From Octopus vulgaris (taxonomy: Eukaryota), in assembly GCA_951406725.2 (NCBI GenBank), contig OX597819.1:31682001-31746000 (forward strand): a stretch of DNA of 64,000 nucleotides. The letters are read 5' to 3'. Below are positions 49,590-63,555 of the stretch, piece after piece. Positions within the stretch are counted from its first letter, which is position 1. Each line of letters begins with the position of its first letter. Made by a program: the position numbers and the translations under genes. Below the pieces are notes generated by a model. It saw nothing but the letters and a program-made list of their open reading frames with translations. It had not been told where the DNA came from and ran no database searches.

Positions 49590-49935
49590 TCGTGTGGCAC
49601 CTTGGGCAAGCGTCTTCTACTATAGCCTCGGACCGACCAAAGCCTTGAAAGTCGACTTGGTAGTGGTAGACGGAAACTGAGAGAAGCCCGTTGTACACAC
49701 ACACACACACACACACACAAATATAATGTGTATGTGTGTGTTTGTCTCCCACCACTGCTTGACAAGTGGTGTTGTTGAGCTCACGTCCCTGTAGTTAGCG
49801 GTTCGGCAAGAGGGAGCAATAGAATAAATACCAACCTTTAAAAAATGGAATGGGGTCAATTCGTTCGACTAAAAACCCTTCAAAGCGGTGCCATAGGATG
49901 GCCGCAGTCTAATGGCTGAAACAAGTAAAAGTTAA
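49590..49935 (+). mobile_element. SINE family B, degenerate
   Basis: Homology to other copies. Confidence 0.7.
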
Positions 49936-50229
49936 GAGATACGCACAATATATAAATACATATTAAAACACAAACGTTCAAACATAAATAGACATAGTCT
50001 AACGAAGGCAACCGAGCCAAAACTTCGAAGTTACTCTCAAACTTCTCCTTGGAAAAAAATAAATAGATGTGATCCTCTTGAAATACATACATCAAAATCT
50101 CTTCTAACAAACGAATTCAGAGTAAGAAACTTGTAAACCGAATACACAAACAAAATCTTAAATGTATGGTGCCATACTTCAACTAATGCTTGACTGGTTT
50201 TATGTATGACATTAACACAAAAACAAACA

Positions 50230-50298
<69 letters not shown>

Positions 50299-50333
50299 TT
50301 GTATGTACATGAATATATGCTCACACCAGAGGA

Positions 50334-50747
50334 AGGCGACGAGCTGGCGGAAATGTTAGCGCGCCGGGCGAAATGTTTAGCGGTATTTCGTCTCTCTTTA
50401 CGTTCCGAGTTCAAATTCCGCCGAGGTCGACTTTGCCTTTCATCCTTTCGGGGTCGATTAAATAAGTACAAGTTACGCACCGGGGTCGATATAATCGATT
50501 TCATCCGTTTGCCTATCCTTGTTTGTCCCCTCTGTGTTTAGCCCCTTGTGGGCAGTAAAGAAATAGGTTTTTCGTCTGCTGTTACGTTCTGAGTTCAAAT
50601 TCCGCCGAGGTCGACTTCGCCTTTCACCCTTTCGGGGTCGATAAATAAAGTACCAATTTCGCACTGGGCCGATATAATCGACTTAATCCCTTTGTCTGTC
50701 CTTGTTTGTCCCCTCTATGTTTAGCCCCTTGTGGGCAGTAAAGAAAT
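50334..50747 (+). mobile_element. SINE family C dimer with 19-bp target duplication
   Basis: ATATATGCTCACACCAGAG on both sides; internal junction AAAGAAATA|GGTTTTTCGTCTGC at about 50566. Confidence 0.9.
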
Positions 50748-51287
50748 ATATATGCTCACACCAGAGCCGGATTAAGACCCATAGAGGCCCTTATAACTTA
50801 AAAGATTTTGGTGCCCCCAAAATGTAAACAAACGATAATAAACCATAAAATAATTTTTTTAATGTTTTAGAATGAAACTAAGCTAATGGAAAATAATGTT
50901 TATTTTTATATACTTCCATTAATTTTTTTACATTTGAAAAAATTTTTTTTTTAATTGCAAAGTTTTTGATTAGATCCTCAATATGACATCATGGACACTT
51001 CGAAATTATATTTCCGATATTTGAATATTGTTTTAGCAAGTTTGAAGTGATTTCTTTTGTGCTATAAACCATCTACCATTTCTTTGGAGACTCCCAAAGC
51101 TGATTCACTAAGAGCGTGCTTGTTTTGCTTAAATGGTTAAATCCAGCGTTGGTTCACACCGGCATTTCATACACATTTACGCTATATAGCTAATAAAGAA
51201 ACGCACAAATACTGATTTTGATTTATATGTGTGACTCCCCGCCTCCGCCGGATAATAGCATAAATGGAATTATTTGTAAACGGAAAT

Positions 51288-51705
51288 GGATCTTTTCGCT
51301 TTGACCGGCAGATTTTTAAAATAATTTCTTTGTAACTTAAACACTTTTAAACTTCGTATACTAGTAGAATGTGTTTATAAAACATCTTTTTCTCTTGGAT
51401 TTCTTGAGAAAATTCTATAGTTTGTAAGATATTTGGTCTTTAATTTCTTGCATTTCGTCAATTTCAACCAATCAATGAGGTGAATTCGATTTCTGCCGTA
51501 ATGTGTCAACAACAATCGTTTCTGGTGTCAGGAGTGGCTGTGTGGTAAGTAGCTTGCTAACCAACCACATGGTTCCGGGTTCAGTCCCAATGCGTGGCAT
51601 CTTGGGCAAGTGTCTTCAGCTATAGCCCCGGGCCGACCAATGCCTTGTGAGTGGATTTGGTAGACGGAAACTGAAAGAAGCCTGTCGTATATATGTATAT
51701 ATATA

Positions 51706-51743
<38 letters not shown>

Positions 51744-52018
51744 TCCTCCTAGCATTGCTTGACAGCCGATGCTGGTGTATTTACGTCCCCGTCACTTAGC
51801 GGTTCGGCAAAAGAGACCGATAGAATAAGTACTGGGCTTACAAAGAATAAGTCCCGGGGTCGATTTGCTCGACTAAATGCGGTGCTCCAGCATGGCCGCA
51901 GTCAAATGACTGAAACAAGTAAAGAGTATGAAATTGTCCCTACCAGTATACGAAGTTTAAAAGTGTTTAGTTACAAAGAAATTATTTAAAAAATCTGCCG
52001 GTCAAAGCGAAAAGATCC
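51288..52018 (+). mobile_element. GGATCTTTTCG MITE subfamily with TIRs of about 80 bp and a nested family B SINE (about 51530-51927)
   Basis: TIRs GGATCTTTTCGCTTTGACCGGCAG / CTGCCGGTCAAAGCGAAAAGATCC; TSD ACGGAAAT / ACGGCAAT; no telomere-like tract. Confidence 0.9.
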
Positions 52019-52348
52019 ACGGCAATAACTCTTCCAAGATGTGATGAGTAAAACAGTAAAAACATTGAAAAATCCCGGGCAAGTGTTGTGGGTTTTTACT
52101 ATAGCTTCGGGGTGACCATTGCTTTGTGAGTTAATTTGGTAGACGGAAACTGTGAGGAACTCCGTCATATACGAATGTGTGTGTGCGCACGCGTTCCTCT
52201 CTGTGTTTGTCCCCAACAAACTCTCGACAACCGGCGCTGGTTTGTTTACGTCCCTAAAACTAAGCGGTTCGGCAAAAGATAACAGATAGAAAAAGTACCA
52301 GACTTAAAAAATAAAAATATTTAAAACAAAGAACACTTACTAGGATTG

Positions 52349-52650
52349 TGGAGGCACATGGCCTAGTAGTTGGAGCAGCGGACTCGCGGTCGAGGGATCG
52401 CGGGTTCGAATCTCAGACCGGGCATTGTGCGTGTTTATGAGCGAAAACACCTAAGCTCCACGTGGCTCCGGCAGAAGGTAATGGCGAACTTCTGCTGACT
52501 CTTTCGCCACAACTTTCTCTCACTCTTTCCTCCTGCATCTTGCAGCTTACCTGCGACGGACCGGCGTCCCGTCCAGGTGGGGAACCTATACGCCAAGAAA
52601 CCGGCCCTTATGAGCCAGGCATGGCTCGAGAAGGAACAAACAACAAAAAA
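52349..52650 (+). mobile_element. SINE family A subfamily nested in a family B relic
   Basis: Homologous to 33523-33796; TACTAGGAT on both sides. Confidence 0.85.
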
Positions 52651-53174
52651 AACCTACTAGGATCGATTTGTTCAATTAAACCGTTCAAAGCATTACTACA
52701 GTATTGGAATCAATATTTTGCTCTTTGCAGAAAAGAGCAATTTGAAGTCTGTTTTAGTTGCTGTTTCTAGTAGATCGGGCAACCACATAGAGGCTCCCCT
52801 CACTGGGTCACTAATGAGTTACCAATAAACACGACGTTGATTATCAAGAATCAACGAAACAAATTATATGACAAATATCATTAATAAGATCCTCTCATCT
52901 GAATGAATAAATAAATGAATAAACTGTGACCTTGTGCTTATATCAGAAACCAATATTGAATCTCCTCAGTTTTGTGTTCAACAAGAGCCAAAATTGTTTT
53001 GGTTTCCATATAAGACTTTAAACAACTGAACAGTGAAACTATGCTAACGATTCCAAACATTCAAATCAGCTCACAGCTTCGCTATGTTTATGTCCACAAA
53101 GAAGTCATTTATTTGACTTTCTGATGTTTGGAACTGAGATGTTTGACAGTTGTGCACTCAAATGTCTTCACAGA

Positions 53175-53217
53175 CATACATATAAACATACACACAAACA
53201 CACACACACACACACAC

Positions 53218-53250
<33 letters not shown>

Positions 53251-53447
53251 TATACTATATATATACACATACACACACACTATATATATACACATACACA
53301 CACACTATATATATACACATACACACACACTATATATATACACATACACACACACTATATATATACACATACACACACACTATATATATACACATACACA
53401 CACACTATATATATATATATATATACACATACACACACACTATATAT

Positions 53448-53520
<73 letters not shown>
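53175..53520. repeat. Minisatellite (CTATATATATACACATACACACACA)n and (TA)n
   Basis: Direct. Confidence 0.9.
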
Positions 53521-53524
<4 letters not shown>

Positions 53525-54046
53525 TTCTTAAAGACGAGACTGGATGAGGAAGCTTGAAAGCTATCCCCCTTCTCACATTACCAGGGCAGGGTAAGGTAGC
53601 TAGCTCCACTCCCAACTTTGAAGGCCATAACCTCAATTAAAGGAAATAACTCACGCTATTTATTGGCAGAAATGCGCGTGTCACAACAGAATATAAATAT
53701 CCGAGTTCTGGCAGCGTGGTAGTGTTAATAGATAGCTGTTGCTCTTTAACCCTAGGCTAGGTTTCACTCAGTAGAAATACACCCGAAGGCATTCTAGTCT
53801 CATAACCGTACTATTGTTTCCTTCATTTGAAATTGCGTATCATATAGAAGGCGTAGAACTGGCAGAATCGTTACCAGTCTAGACAAATGCTATAGCAGTA
53901 TTTCTTCTGTGAAGGCGCGTGGTTAGTGTATTCGGCTCACGATTGCAAGGTTGTAAGTTCAATTCGCGGGTACGCGTTGTGTCTTTGATCAAGACACTTT
54001 TTATTTCAAGTTGCTCCAGTCTACACAGCTGGCAAAAATGATGCGC

Positions 54047-54511
54047 GGATCTTTTCGGTTTGAACCCAAGTACTTGACTGGTACTTAATTTGGATCTTTT
54101 CGGTTTGAACGGCAGTTTTTAACATAATTTCTAGGTAACTAAAAAATTTTAAACTTCGTATACTGGTAGAATGTGTTTATAAAACATCTTTTTCTCTTGG
54201 CTTTATTCAGAAAATTGTATAGTTTGTAAGATATTTGTTGTCTTTTATCTTCAATTTCTGCAATTTCAACCAATCAATGACCGTCTATTGAGGTGAAAAA
54301 AACATTCTGTGCCGTATGAATATGTCCCTCGTTTAAGAAACAGATTGGGTTTATTTACATTTGTGAAGAAAAAAAAAGATACCCTTCCCCTACCCCACCC
54401 CTAACCCTAAAAGAGATTGAAATGCAATAGATCGATACTAGGGTCATAATTATGGGTGACAACTTCATATGACACCGCTAGAAAAAACTGCCGTTCAAAC
54501 CGAAAAGATCC
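54047..54511 (+). mobile_element. TIR MITE with telomere-like tract and duplicated left TIR
   Basis: TIR starts at 54047 and again at 54092; TSD TGATGCGC (54039-54046) / TGATGCGT (54512-54519). Confidence 0.9.
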
Positions 54512-55666
54512 TGATGCGTTTTTTTGACCCTACAAAAATAAGATGCCACAAGTGAAATTTGAACTCACGAGCTAGATGGGTGTATCTATATACCGAAAAC
54601 ATTCAATCCAACCAACGAACTATCCTTTCTGTGACACGTACATCGCCACAAATAATGTAAGTGATGAGGTCCTCAGTACTTGACCAACAGTTATATTTCA
54701 TCAATCCAATCTCGGGTTGTAGTAGAAGGCATAGAAGGCATTTGACAAATGAGCTGTACAGTAGGGATCGAACCCAAAAGAACGTGGCTGCGAAGCGAAC
54801 TTCTTAACCACACATCCATGCCTACACCTATATTAATATCGAAGAATTTCAAACGTTGATTATGTTTTTTTTATTTTGGAGCTTTCTTCTTTTGGTCTTG
54901 TTTTTAATCATTTCATTGCCAATTTAATTTTAGTTTTTCCCCAGTAACTGTGTCACTTAAATATAAAGATTTGTTCATATTTTGTAGTAAATGATACAGG
55001 GACATATACCCGCAGGCAGACGATACAGACAGGAGAATGATAGACAGGCAGACAGAAAGAGACAGGAAACCATAGCAAAAAAAAAAAAAGAAAGAAAGAA
55101 AGGAGGAAAGAAAGAAAAAAAGCGAGAAAGACAAAGAGAAAAAGAAAGGAAGAAAAGCAAGTAGACAAAAGAGAGGACAAGCAAGCAGAAAGAAAAAAAT
55201 AGACAGAGACACAGAAAAAGCAATAGAGATGAACAGATACGCATTAGGTACAGAGAACTTCTATATTAGAGTATAATTATTATACAAGTTTATACAAGAT
55301 TGATTCAGTTGAGTCTTTGTTAGTCAGCATACGATTATTGTACGTGGTTTTATGAGTCTTCATAGAGGTTGCAGTCAAACTGTCTACAATGAATTGGATA
55401 TCTTAAAATGGAAGATGCAGACGATCTGAAGTTATTTTTAACATTATAACATCTATAACATCCAGACATTTCAAATAATTCAGTTTTTACAAGTATCTTG
55501 AGAATAATTATTGCTGGGCATCGTTTGGTGATCATTCTATTGTGTACACACACACACATTGTCATTCATTCACTCTCTCACTCACATGAAGACCACACAG
55601 TTTCAGTTCTGAGCTGCACCGCAATAGAAACGAATTCAAATGTATCTGAAGATTTGAGAAACATAC

Positions 55667-55900
55667 CTATTTCTTTACTACCCACAAGGGGCTAAACACA
55701 GAGAAGGCAAACAAGGACAGACAAACGGATTAAGTCGATTATATCGACCCCAGTGCGTAACTGGTACTTAATTTATCGACCCCGAAAGGATGAAAGGCAA
55801 AGTCGACCTCGGCGGAATTTGAACTCAGAACGTAACGGCAGACGAAATACGGCTACGCATTTCGCCCGGCGGGCTAACGATTCTGCCAGGTCGCCGCCTT
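55667..55900 (-). mobile_element. SINE family C, full length, Tx1-like tail
   Basis: Flanks ATTTGAGAAACATACC / ATTTGAGAACTATACC. Confidence 0.9.
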
Positions 55901-56306
55901 CATTTGAGAACTATACCATCGAGCTGCTACTTCATATTTTACAACTCGTTAATATTCGTAGAGATTTTGGTAGTTCCTGAAGATTAATGGTATCACATTC
56001 CAGTGATTCCATGTCATGAAATACAAAAATTATATATATATATAAGATGCAGTGTTCCACGATAGAAATATCAACCATCTGGTGAGAGATGAATATTATT
56101 TAAAGGACGCAATATATGTCTAAGTGCTATTAATAGTTTCATATGTTGAGAAATACCTCAAGCATATTCATCACACACACACACACATTTATTGTATTAA
56201 TAAAATACAGAAGGCACAAATGGTATTTTATACTTTGTACAACGTACGCGCATTTCAGCAAATGTGTTGCATATAACAACGACCATTTATATAATTATAC
56301 GTGTAT

Positions 56307-56337
<31 letters not shown>

Positions 56338-56616
56338 ATATAATATATATGTATCTATGTATGTGTGTATTTAAATAATTCTTGTTGTGTCTTGGGAAGT
56401 TGTTGCACCAATAATAATAAATGCACATACCAGTGCGTGTTTATTATTATTATTGGCGTTATGACCCTCTCAAGACTTCTTTCAACACACGAATTCACAT
56501 CAAGATTGTAGCAAACCAAATACGAAAGCGAAGTGTATAATTATTTAGCTAAGAAGCTAAACACGTAATTGAAAGTCCGAGTGTTTCGTGAGTGGCACTT
56601 ACGCGAAACAGACAAT

Positions 56617-56667
<51 letters not shown>

Positions 56668-57607
56668 TGAGTTGTTCCACTTGCCAAAATTTTAAATACT
56701 GTCAAAGGGTCATGGGTATCATAGCTTCAGTTCATATGTCTAAACCGAATAATGTTCTCCACATGAAGAGAATCTTTTCTCTAGACACACACACACACAC
56801 CCACACACGTTCTCTAAAAGAGCATGACTTATTTTTTACCCCCCTCTCCATTTCTTGTTTTCACTACTTGGACAGAGACCTCGAAAACTCTTAAAATGGG
56901 GTCATACACCAGTCTTGTCTCCTTCAACAAATAAGACAATCGCTGAACACATATTACGAAAACAGTATCACACCCCCCATCACTACCCCTAACTACGAAC
57001 AACACACAACTAGAAGCGTCAAGGTCGCCAAATGAAACAAACATGCACTGGTTATAGAAAGAGATTTTGCTGTAAGTTAAGGGTGTCATATATAACAGTA
57101 CGTATCATTATGAAAAGAAAATATTCAATTCTCTCCTCAGATTGATAAGGTGGGTATATAAAGTGCGTGCGTGTGTGTGTGTGTGTGTATTAAGTACGTG
57201 TTTATACATATGTTTATAGTGTATGCGTGTGGATGTATAATACTTTACAAGCAGAAAATCAATATGAAATCCTATAATCCGCTCATAAACCGTAAATAAA
57301 CCTCGTTATTCACTGGCCAACATACTGTATATCTCCCCCTCTCCCCACCCTTTCTCTGCGTCATTACTATTTTATTTATTATTTATTCATTTAAGGACTT
57401 TTCAGGGCTTCCGAGAGAGGTGGGAAGAAGAAAGGGAAGGGGAAAGGGAGGAAGAGGAGGCGGAGAAGAGAGTTTAGCCTTAAACTACATCAAAACCCTG
57501 GGTGATTTAGTGGAAGGATTCAGGCGAGGCCTTTCTTCTTGCTTACAAGTCTCAGAGACTCAACAGAAGTCTATGGATGGGTGAGACTCTTCTTCCTTTG
57601 GGTAATT

Positions 57608-57911
57608 CAGGGGTCGGCGAACCGGAGTAAATTACCCCAAGTGGGGTAAAATTAAAATTCTTTGGGTTAATGAGGACTCATTAGTCATAAGTAAAATTAC
57701 ATAAAAAACCTGTTCCTTGTTACAAAAACTTTTCTGGCAACACTGCATCTGTCCAATGTAAGGGACGTGTAAATAGATTCAATAAAATAGATTCTTTGAG
57801 TTCGAAAGGTTTATAGAAACTATGACTTTCTTCCTTTCAAATCAAAGGGGTAACGTCGGCGTAAATAAATATATTTTAGGGTAATTGGTTAAAAAACTGC
57901 CCCGACTCCTG
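57608..57911. mobile_element. hAT-like MITE
   Basis: CAGGGGTCGGCG / CCCCGACTCCTG termini; imperfect 8-bp TSD GGGTAATT / GGTGAATT. Confidence 0.6.
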
Positions 57912-58417
57912 GGTGAATTGATAAAAACAGAAGCCCGTAGAGTAAACAGCATATATTAAACTAAAACAAGCTATATGCAGGGTTTTTTTAAAAACAAAAG
58001 CAAGGTGAAAATATTATATAAACCGAAGGGTGTACCTGGTATACTTTTAGATAAATGCAGGATGGAAATAAAGGATTTCGTTTTTGGATTCATACATACA
58101 CACATACATACGTACATGCATGCATGCATACATAGGCGCACACACACTGACCCACACACAGGCGTACAAACAAACAAAAAGGAACGCAGTGTAAATAACG
58201 GACAGAGTCAAAACTATTGAAAAGGTTGCAAGACGCAACAAAAATTTTAGGAAAATAAAAATAAGAAATAAGTGGAAATTTTACCGGTGAGTGTGTTAAA
58301 TTATAAGGCACAAAAAGAAAATGACTCTCCCCAGACACAACTAAATATAGGATGTTTTAACTGAAGTATGATGTCAATAAGGTATAGTAAAGCAAGGTAA
58401 TATTAGTAGTATATTTA

Positions 58418-58875
58418 AGGCGGCGGCGAGTTAGCAGAATCGTTAGCACGCCGGGCAGAGTGCCTGCGCCATTTTGTCTGTCTTTACTTTCTGACTTAAA
58501 ATTCTGCTGCGGTCGACTTTGCCTTTCATCGTTTTGGGGGTCGATAAAATAAGTACCATTTGAGCACTGAGGTTGATGTAATCGACTTAATCCTCTCTCA
58601 AGAAATTGCTGGCCTTGTGCCAAAATTTGAAAGCAATATTATTAATATTACGAAAGGTGGCGAGCTGGCAGAATCGTTAGCAAGCCGGTCATAATGCTTA
58701 GCGGCATTTCGTCCGACTTTACGTTCCGATTTAAAATTCCGCTGCGGTCGACTTTGCTTTTTATCCTTTCGTGGAGTCGATAAATTAAGTACCAGTAGAG
58801 CACTGGGGTTGATGTAATCGCCTTTACCAACTCCTCCAAACCTACTGGCCTCGTGCCAAAATTCGAAATCAATAT
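58418..58875 (+). mobile_element. Two tandem family C SINEs with the alternative tail
   Basis: Both end GGCCT(T/C)GTGCCAAAATT(T/C)GAAA..AATATT. Confidence 0.8.
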
Positions 58876-59149
58876 TAGTAGTAAATTTAAGTAAGTAGGG
58901 TGTATGAAACACATTTAACAGAAGCAGATCGTAGATAGTATATTCAACTGGAGCAGGGTGTATAAAGGATATTTAAACAAAATAGCAAACCAGCGAGGTG
59001 TATATGTGTGTGTCGGATATGTTAGTTTACTTGTTTTTAGAGCTAACCTTGGCACTAGGCCCAGTAAGCTAGTCTGTTCAACAACAATTCCATCTCGGCC
59101 TCCTCCTCCTATCATCTGATACATACACACGCGCGCGCATATATGCACA

Positions 59150-59169
59150 AACTACTACTACTACTACTA

Positions 59170-59215
<46 letters not shown>

Positions 59216-59350
59216 CATTACTACTACTACTACTACTACCATTACTACTACTACTACTACTACCATTACTACTACTACTACTACTACTACTACTACCATT
59301 ACTACTACTACTACTACTACCATTACTACTACTACTACTACTACTACCAT

Positions 59351-59386
<36 letters not shown>

Positions 59387-59440
59387 CATTACTACTACTA
59401 CTACTACCATTACCACCACTACTACTACTACTACTACTAC
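59150..59440. repeat. (CTA)n trinucleotide repeat with periodic CCATTA interruptions
   Basis: Direct. Confidence 0.95.
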
Positions 59441-60034
59441 ACGCACGATAAACAACATACAGCTGCTTTATATGATGCTAAAATTTTGACAACAATTAAT
59501 CTCCACCAGCTATTATTTTAATGTTTACACACCTCTAACACCACCACCACCACCACGGACAACAACAACAAAAATAACACAACCAATACCAGCAAAAGCA
59601 TCATCAGCATCACCGAAGAAACCAACACCATTCATCCCAGCATCAGCACCACCATAAGACCACCACTAAAAGCCACCACATACCACCGCTTTACCACTAC
59701 AACCACAACATCCAGCGCCGTCACCAGCAGAACACAATACCGCCAAGTACACCACCACCACTACCACGCTAATCCATAGAAATAACAGACACCGTTAAAT
59801 ATAAACGTTGATGGAACCAACAGTAGCCCGGTAAGCTGCTAACCCGTTCCATAACCCAGATCAGCATTTTTAAACATTTTGTTCTACGCACCATTTTGAT
59901 TTTCTCCCACCATGAACGATGGAAGTTACTTTGCGCGCGCGCGCGTGTGTGTGTGTGTGCGTGTGTGCGTGTGTGTGTGTGCGTGTGTGCGTGTGCGTGT
60001 GCGTGTGTGCGTGTGTGTGTGCACACATGACGGG

Positions 60035-60360
60035 TGAAGGCGCGTGGCTTAGTGGTTAGGGCATTCGGCTCACGACTGTACGGTCATGAGTTCCATTCCC
60101 GGCGACGCGTTGTGTCGTCCTTGAGCAAAGCACTTTATTTTACGTTGCTCCAGTCCACTCAACTGGCAAAATTGAGTAGTACCTGTGTTTCAAAGGGACA
60201 GCCTTGTCACACTCTGTGTCACATTGAATCTCCCTGAGAACTACGCTAGGGGGTACACGTGCCTGTGGATTGCTCACTTGCACGTTAATATCACGAGCAA
60301 GCGGTTTCCGTTGATCGTATCAGCTGGGACCCTCGTCATCGTAACCGACGGAGTGCTTCC
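60035..60360 (+). mobile_element. tRNA-headed SINE related to family A in its 3' half
   Basis: TGGCTTAGTGGTTAGGGCA head; tail CGTAACCGACGGAGTGCTTCC. Confidence 0.75.
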
Positions 60361-60484
60361 ATGATGACACATGACGGGCTTCTTTCAGTTTCCGTCTTCC
60401 AAATTTCGTTAGTTATTCTTGATCAAGTTATCGTCTGTGAGAGTATCAGTTCCCACTAAAACAGAGAAACAGAGAAACGAGACA

Positions 60485-60652
60485 GGCAACATAAAGAACA
60501 TTCCCTTCATAAGTTGTCCCCTGTTTTATCTACTCCGCGTTCGAATGTAGGGACAAGACGCGACTTAGTTAAAAGAGCCCTTCCTGCAAAGCAAAACGTG
60601 AAATGCATTTCTCAAAAACATAATGCCGGCGTACGAAGTTAAGAAAGCTACA
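60485..60652. repeat. Dispersed repeat, second copy at about 61788-61958
   Basis: GGCAACATAAAGAACATTCCCTT..GAAAGCTACAA is near-identical in both places. Confidence 0.85.
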
Positions 60653-61164
60653 AGAAAAAATGAATAAATAAAAAGATCGCCACTGTACATCATCGCTCTG
60701 AACAGTAGGCAGGTTTTCCAGCTTTGACCCAATATTTTGTAACATTTCGTTGATAAATAGATAAAGTGAAAAACCATCCCAAGTATTTGTCATGAGGAGG
60801 TTACCATAACAAAAGGCTATGTATCACCTCAACCTTGCTTTCTCCAACATTGAACATTAAAGCTTAATCTTTGTTCTGGCATTGTATTTGTTATAGGAGG
60901 CACAATGTCATAATATTTGGCGTTGGTTTTTATGCATCATCTACAAACTGTCAGGTATTGCTCGTAGCAGCAACAATGTCAGTGCAATCCGTCTGCAGTT
61001 TAGATTATATAAACGAGTGAGACGAAGATATTTTTTCTTTCCTGTTTTTTTTTCATCATTTAAATCCACTCGCAAGTCACTGGTCGGCCCAAGGTGCCAT
61101 GCGGTGGAATTGAACCCAGATCCATGATGTTGGGAAACAAGCTTCTTACCACACAGCCATGCAT

Positions 61165-61208
<44 letters not shown>

Positions 61209-61217
61209 ACACAAACA

Positions 61218-61602
61218 TTCTTTTGTTTGTCATTTGTCTGCGGCCATGCTGGAGCGCAGCCTTTAGTCGAACAAATCGACCCTGGATTTATTCTTCGTAA
61301 GCCTAGAACTTATTCTATCGGTTTCTTTTGCTGAACCGCTAAGCTACAGCGACGTAAACACACCAACATTGGTTGTCAAGCGATGGTGGTGGTGGTAGTG
61401 GGGACGAACAGGCAGGCACACACACACATATATATACACGACAGGCTTCTTCCAGTTTCTGTCTACCAATTCTACTCACAAGGCATTGGTCGACCCGAAG
61501 TTATAGTTGAAGACACCTGCCCAAGGTGACACGCATTGGGATGAGAACCCGGAACCATGTGGTTGGTAAGCAAGCTACTTACCAACAGAGCCACTTCTGC
61601 GC

Positions 61603-61603
<1 letters not shown>
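61218..61603 (-). mobile_element. SINE family B
   Basis: Homology to other copies; another fragment at 61062-61160. Confidence 0.8.
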
Positions 61604-61645
<42 letters not shown>

Positions 61646-61648
61646 CAC

Positions 61649-61711
<63 letters not shown>

Positions 61712-62063
61712 TATATACACATACATGCATATATGGGTACAGGACGTCAAAAAAAAAAAGAAAAGGGAACAGAATGAGAAAAGGGCAGGCAACATAAAGA
61801 ACATTCCCTTAGTTGTCCCCTGTTTTATCTACTCCGCGTTCGAATGTAGGGACAAGACGCGACTTAGTTAAAAGAGCCCTTCCTGCAAAGCAAAACGTGA
61901 AATGCATTTCTCAAGAACATAATGCCGTTGCCCGGCGTACGAAGTTAGGAAAGCTACAACTTACGGCCACGTGTCCAACACCGTATATCCTTATAAAGCC
62001 ATGTCTTTACGCACATACACACACGCGCATTCATATCTATTTGTATGTATATCAAAGCTGGTA

Positions 62064-62362
62064 GGCGGCGAGCTGGCAGACACGTTAGCGCGCCGGGCGA
62101 AATGCTTAGCGGTATTTCGTCTGCGTTACGTTGTGAGTTCAAATTCCGCCGAGGTCGACTTTGCCTTTCAGCCTTTCGGGATCGATAAATTAAGTACCAG
62201 TTACGCACTGGGGTCCACCGAGGTCGACTTTGCCTTTCATCCTTTCGGGGTCGATAAATTAAGTACCAGTTACGCACTGGGGTCGATGTAATCGACTTAA
62301 TACCTATGTCTGTCATTGTTTGTCCCCTCTATGTTTAGCCCCTTGTGGGTAGTAAAGAAATA
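62064..62362 (+). mobile_element. SINE family C with a duplicated core, Tx1-like tail
   Basis: CCGAGGTCGAC..GCACTGGGGTC present twice (62148-62215 and 62218-62284). Confidence 0.9.
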
Positions 62363-62718
62363 TGTATGAATACCAATCGACACACACAAACACAGACTGC
62401 ATACACGCAAAAATAGCCCCCAAACATTCAAAATAAAAGGAAAGATCATAGTTCCACCCCCACACACACAAAATGATAATAATATCGGCAGCAGGTGGAT
62501 ATCAATGAAAAGGTAAACGGGTTTGTTGTTCAGCTCCCTCGTGCCTTTACTCAGGTTCGTTCATTAGGGGTCGTGGAGAGTAGAGAGGGAGAGCAGAATT
62601 GACAAGCGTGCAAACGCTGGCAGCACGTCTTAGGCTAAGTTCTACACACAGGTAGGTATCACACGACACCCCAACTCCACCATTCCTTTCTTTTATATCT
62701 ATCTATCTATCTGTCAAT

Positions 62719-62764
62719 TTGTCTGTCCCGTCTGTGTGCAGCCCTGTGTGGCTAATAAAGAAAC
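62719..62764 (+). mobile_element. Extreme 3' end of the Tx1-like LINE (copy 3) next to (TATC)n
   Basis: TGTCCCGTCTGTGTGCAGCCCTGTGTGGCTAATAAAGAAAC matches 3534-3573; TATCTATCTATC on the left, ATATCT on the right. Confidence 0.75.
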
Positions 62765-62770
62765 ATATCT

Positions 62771-63113
62771 GTGGCTGTGTGGTAAGTAGCTTGCTAACCA
62801 ACCACATGGTTCCGGGTTCAGTCCCACTGCGTGGCACCTTGGGCCGACCAATGCCTTGTGAGTGGATTTGGTAGACGGAAACTGAAAGAAGCCTGTCGTA
62901 TATATGTATCTATATATGTATGTGTTTGTCTCCCTAGCATTGCTTGACAACCGATGCTGGTGTGTTTACGTCCCCGTCACTTAGCGTTTCGGCAAAAGAG
63001 AGACCGATAGAATAAGTACTGGGCTTGCAAAAGAATAAGTCCCGGGGTCGATTTGCTCGACTAAAGGCGGTGCTCCAGCATGGCCGCAGTCAAATGACTG
63101 AAACAAGTAAAAA
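62771..63113 (+). mobile_element. SINE family B
   Basis: Homology to other copies. Confidence 0.85.
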
Positions 63114-63555
63114 GAAAAAAAAAGAATTTATCTATCTATCATACACCACACACTTTCACTCTCACACAAAACAAGCCTCGCTGCCTGCCTTATTTAGACA
63201 CAAAAAAAGCGTGGAAGAAGAAGAAAAGAGCCAGTTTAAGAAAGCTCCTGCTGAGGCCAGTGATCGTCTCATATGTACGACTGACTGACTGACTGGCCTA
63301 CTTGATTGGGAGTAAGAGGTTCAGCTGAGTGATATGACATGACACTGTAAAGATAGTAAGTTTCGTTGCTGTGGCGAGGTCAGATAAGTGTAATCAGCTG
63401 ACGGTTTAAAATAATTAGCGTTAAACAGAGTATGAACCGGGGTTGGGGGTGGGGTGGGGGTTAAAGACACTGTCCTTGTCACTGTATTGTTGTAGTAGTT
63501 GTTGTTAGTGGTGTTGGTGGTTGAAATAGCAACGATCGTGGATATTGTTGTTCGT

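Noticed and set aside
60485-60652. Possible hammerhead in the duplicated 60.5/61.8 kb repeat and in 39541-39605
   Set aside because: Core nucleotides and stems could not be assembled convincingly.
62500-63470. Candidate upstream exon or promoter of the SERTA gene (also about 37000-37400)
   Set aside because: Non-repetitive-looking patches, but no splice or coding evidence strong enough to call.
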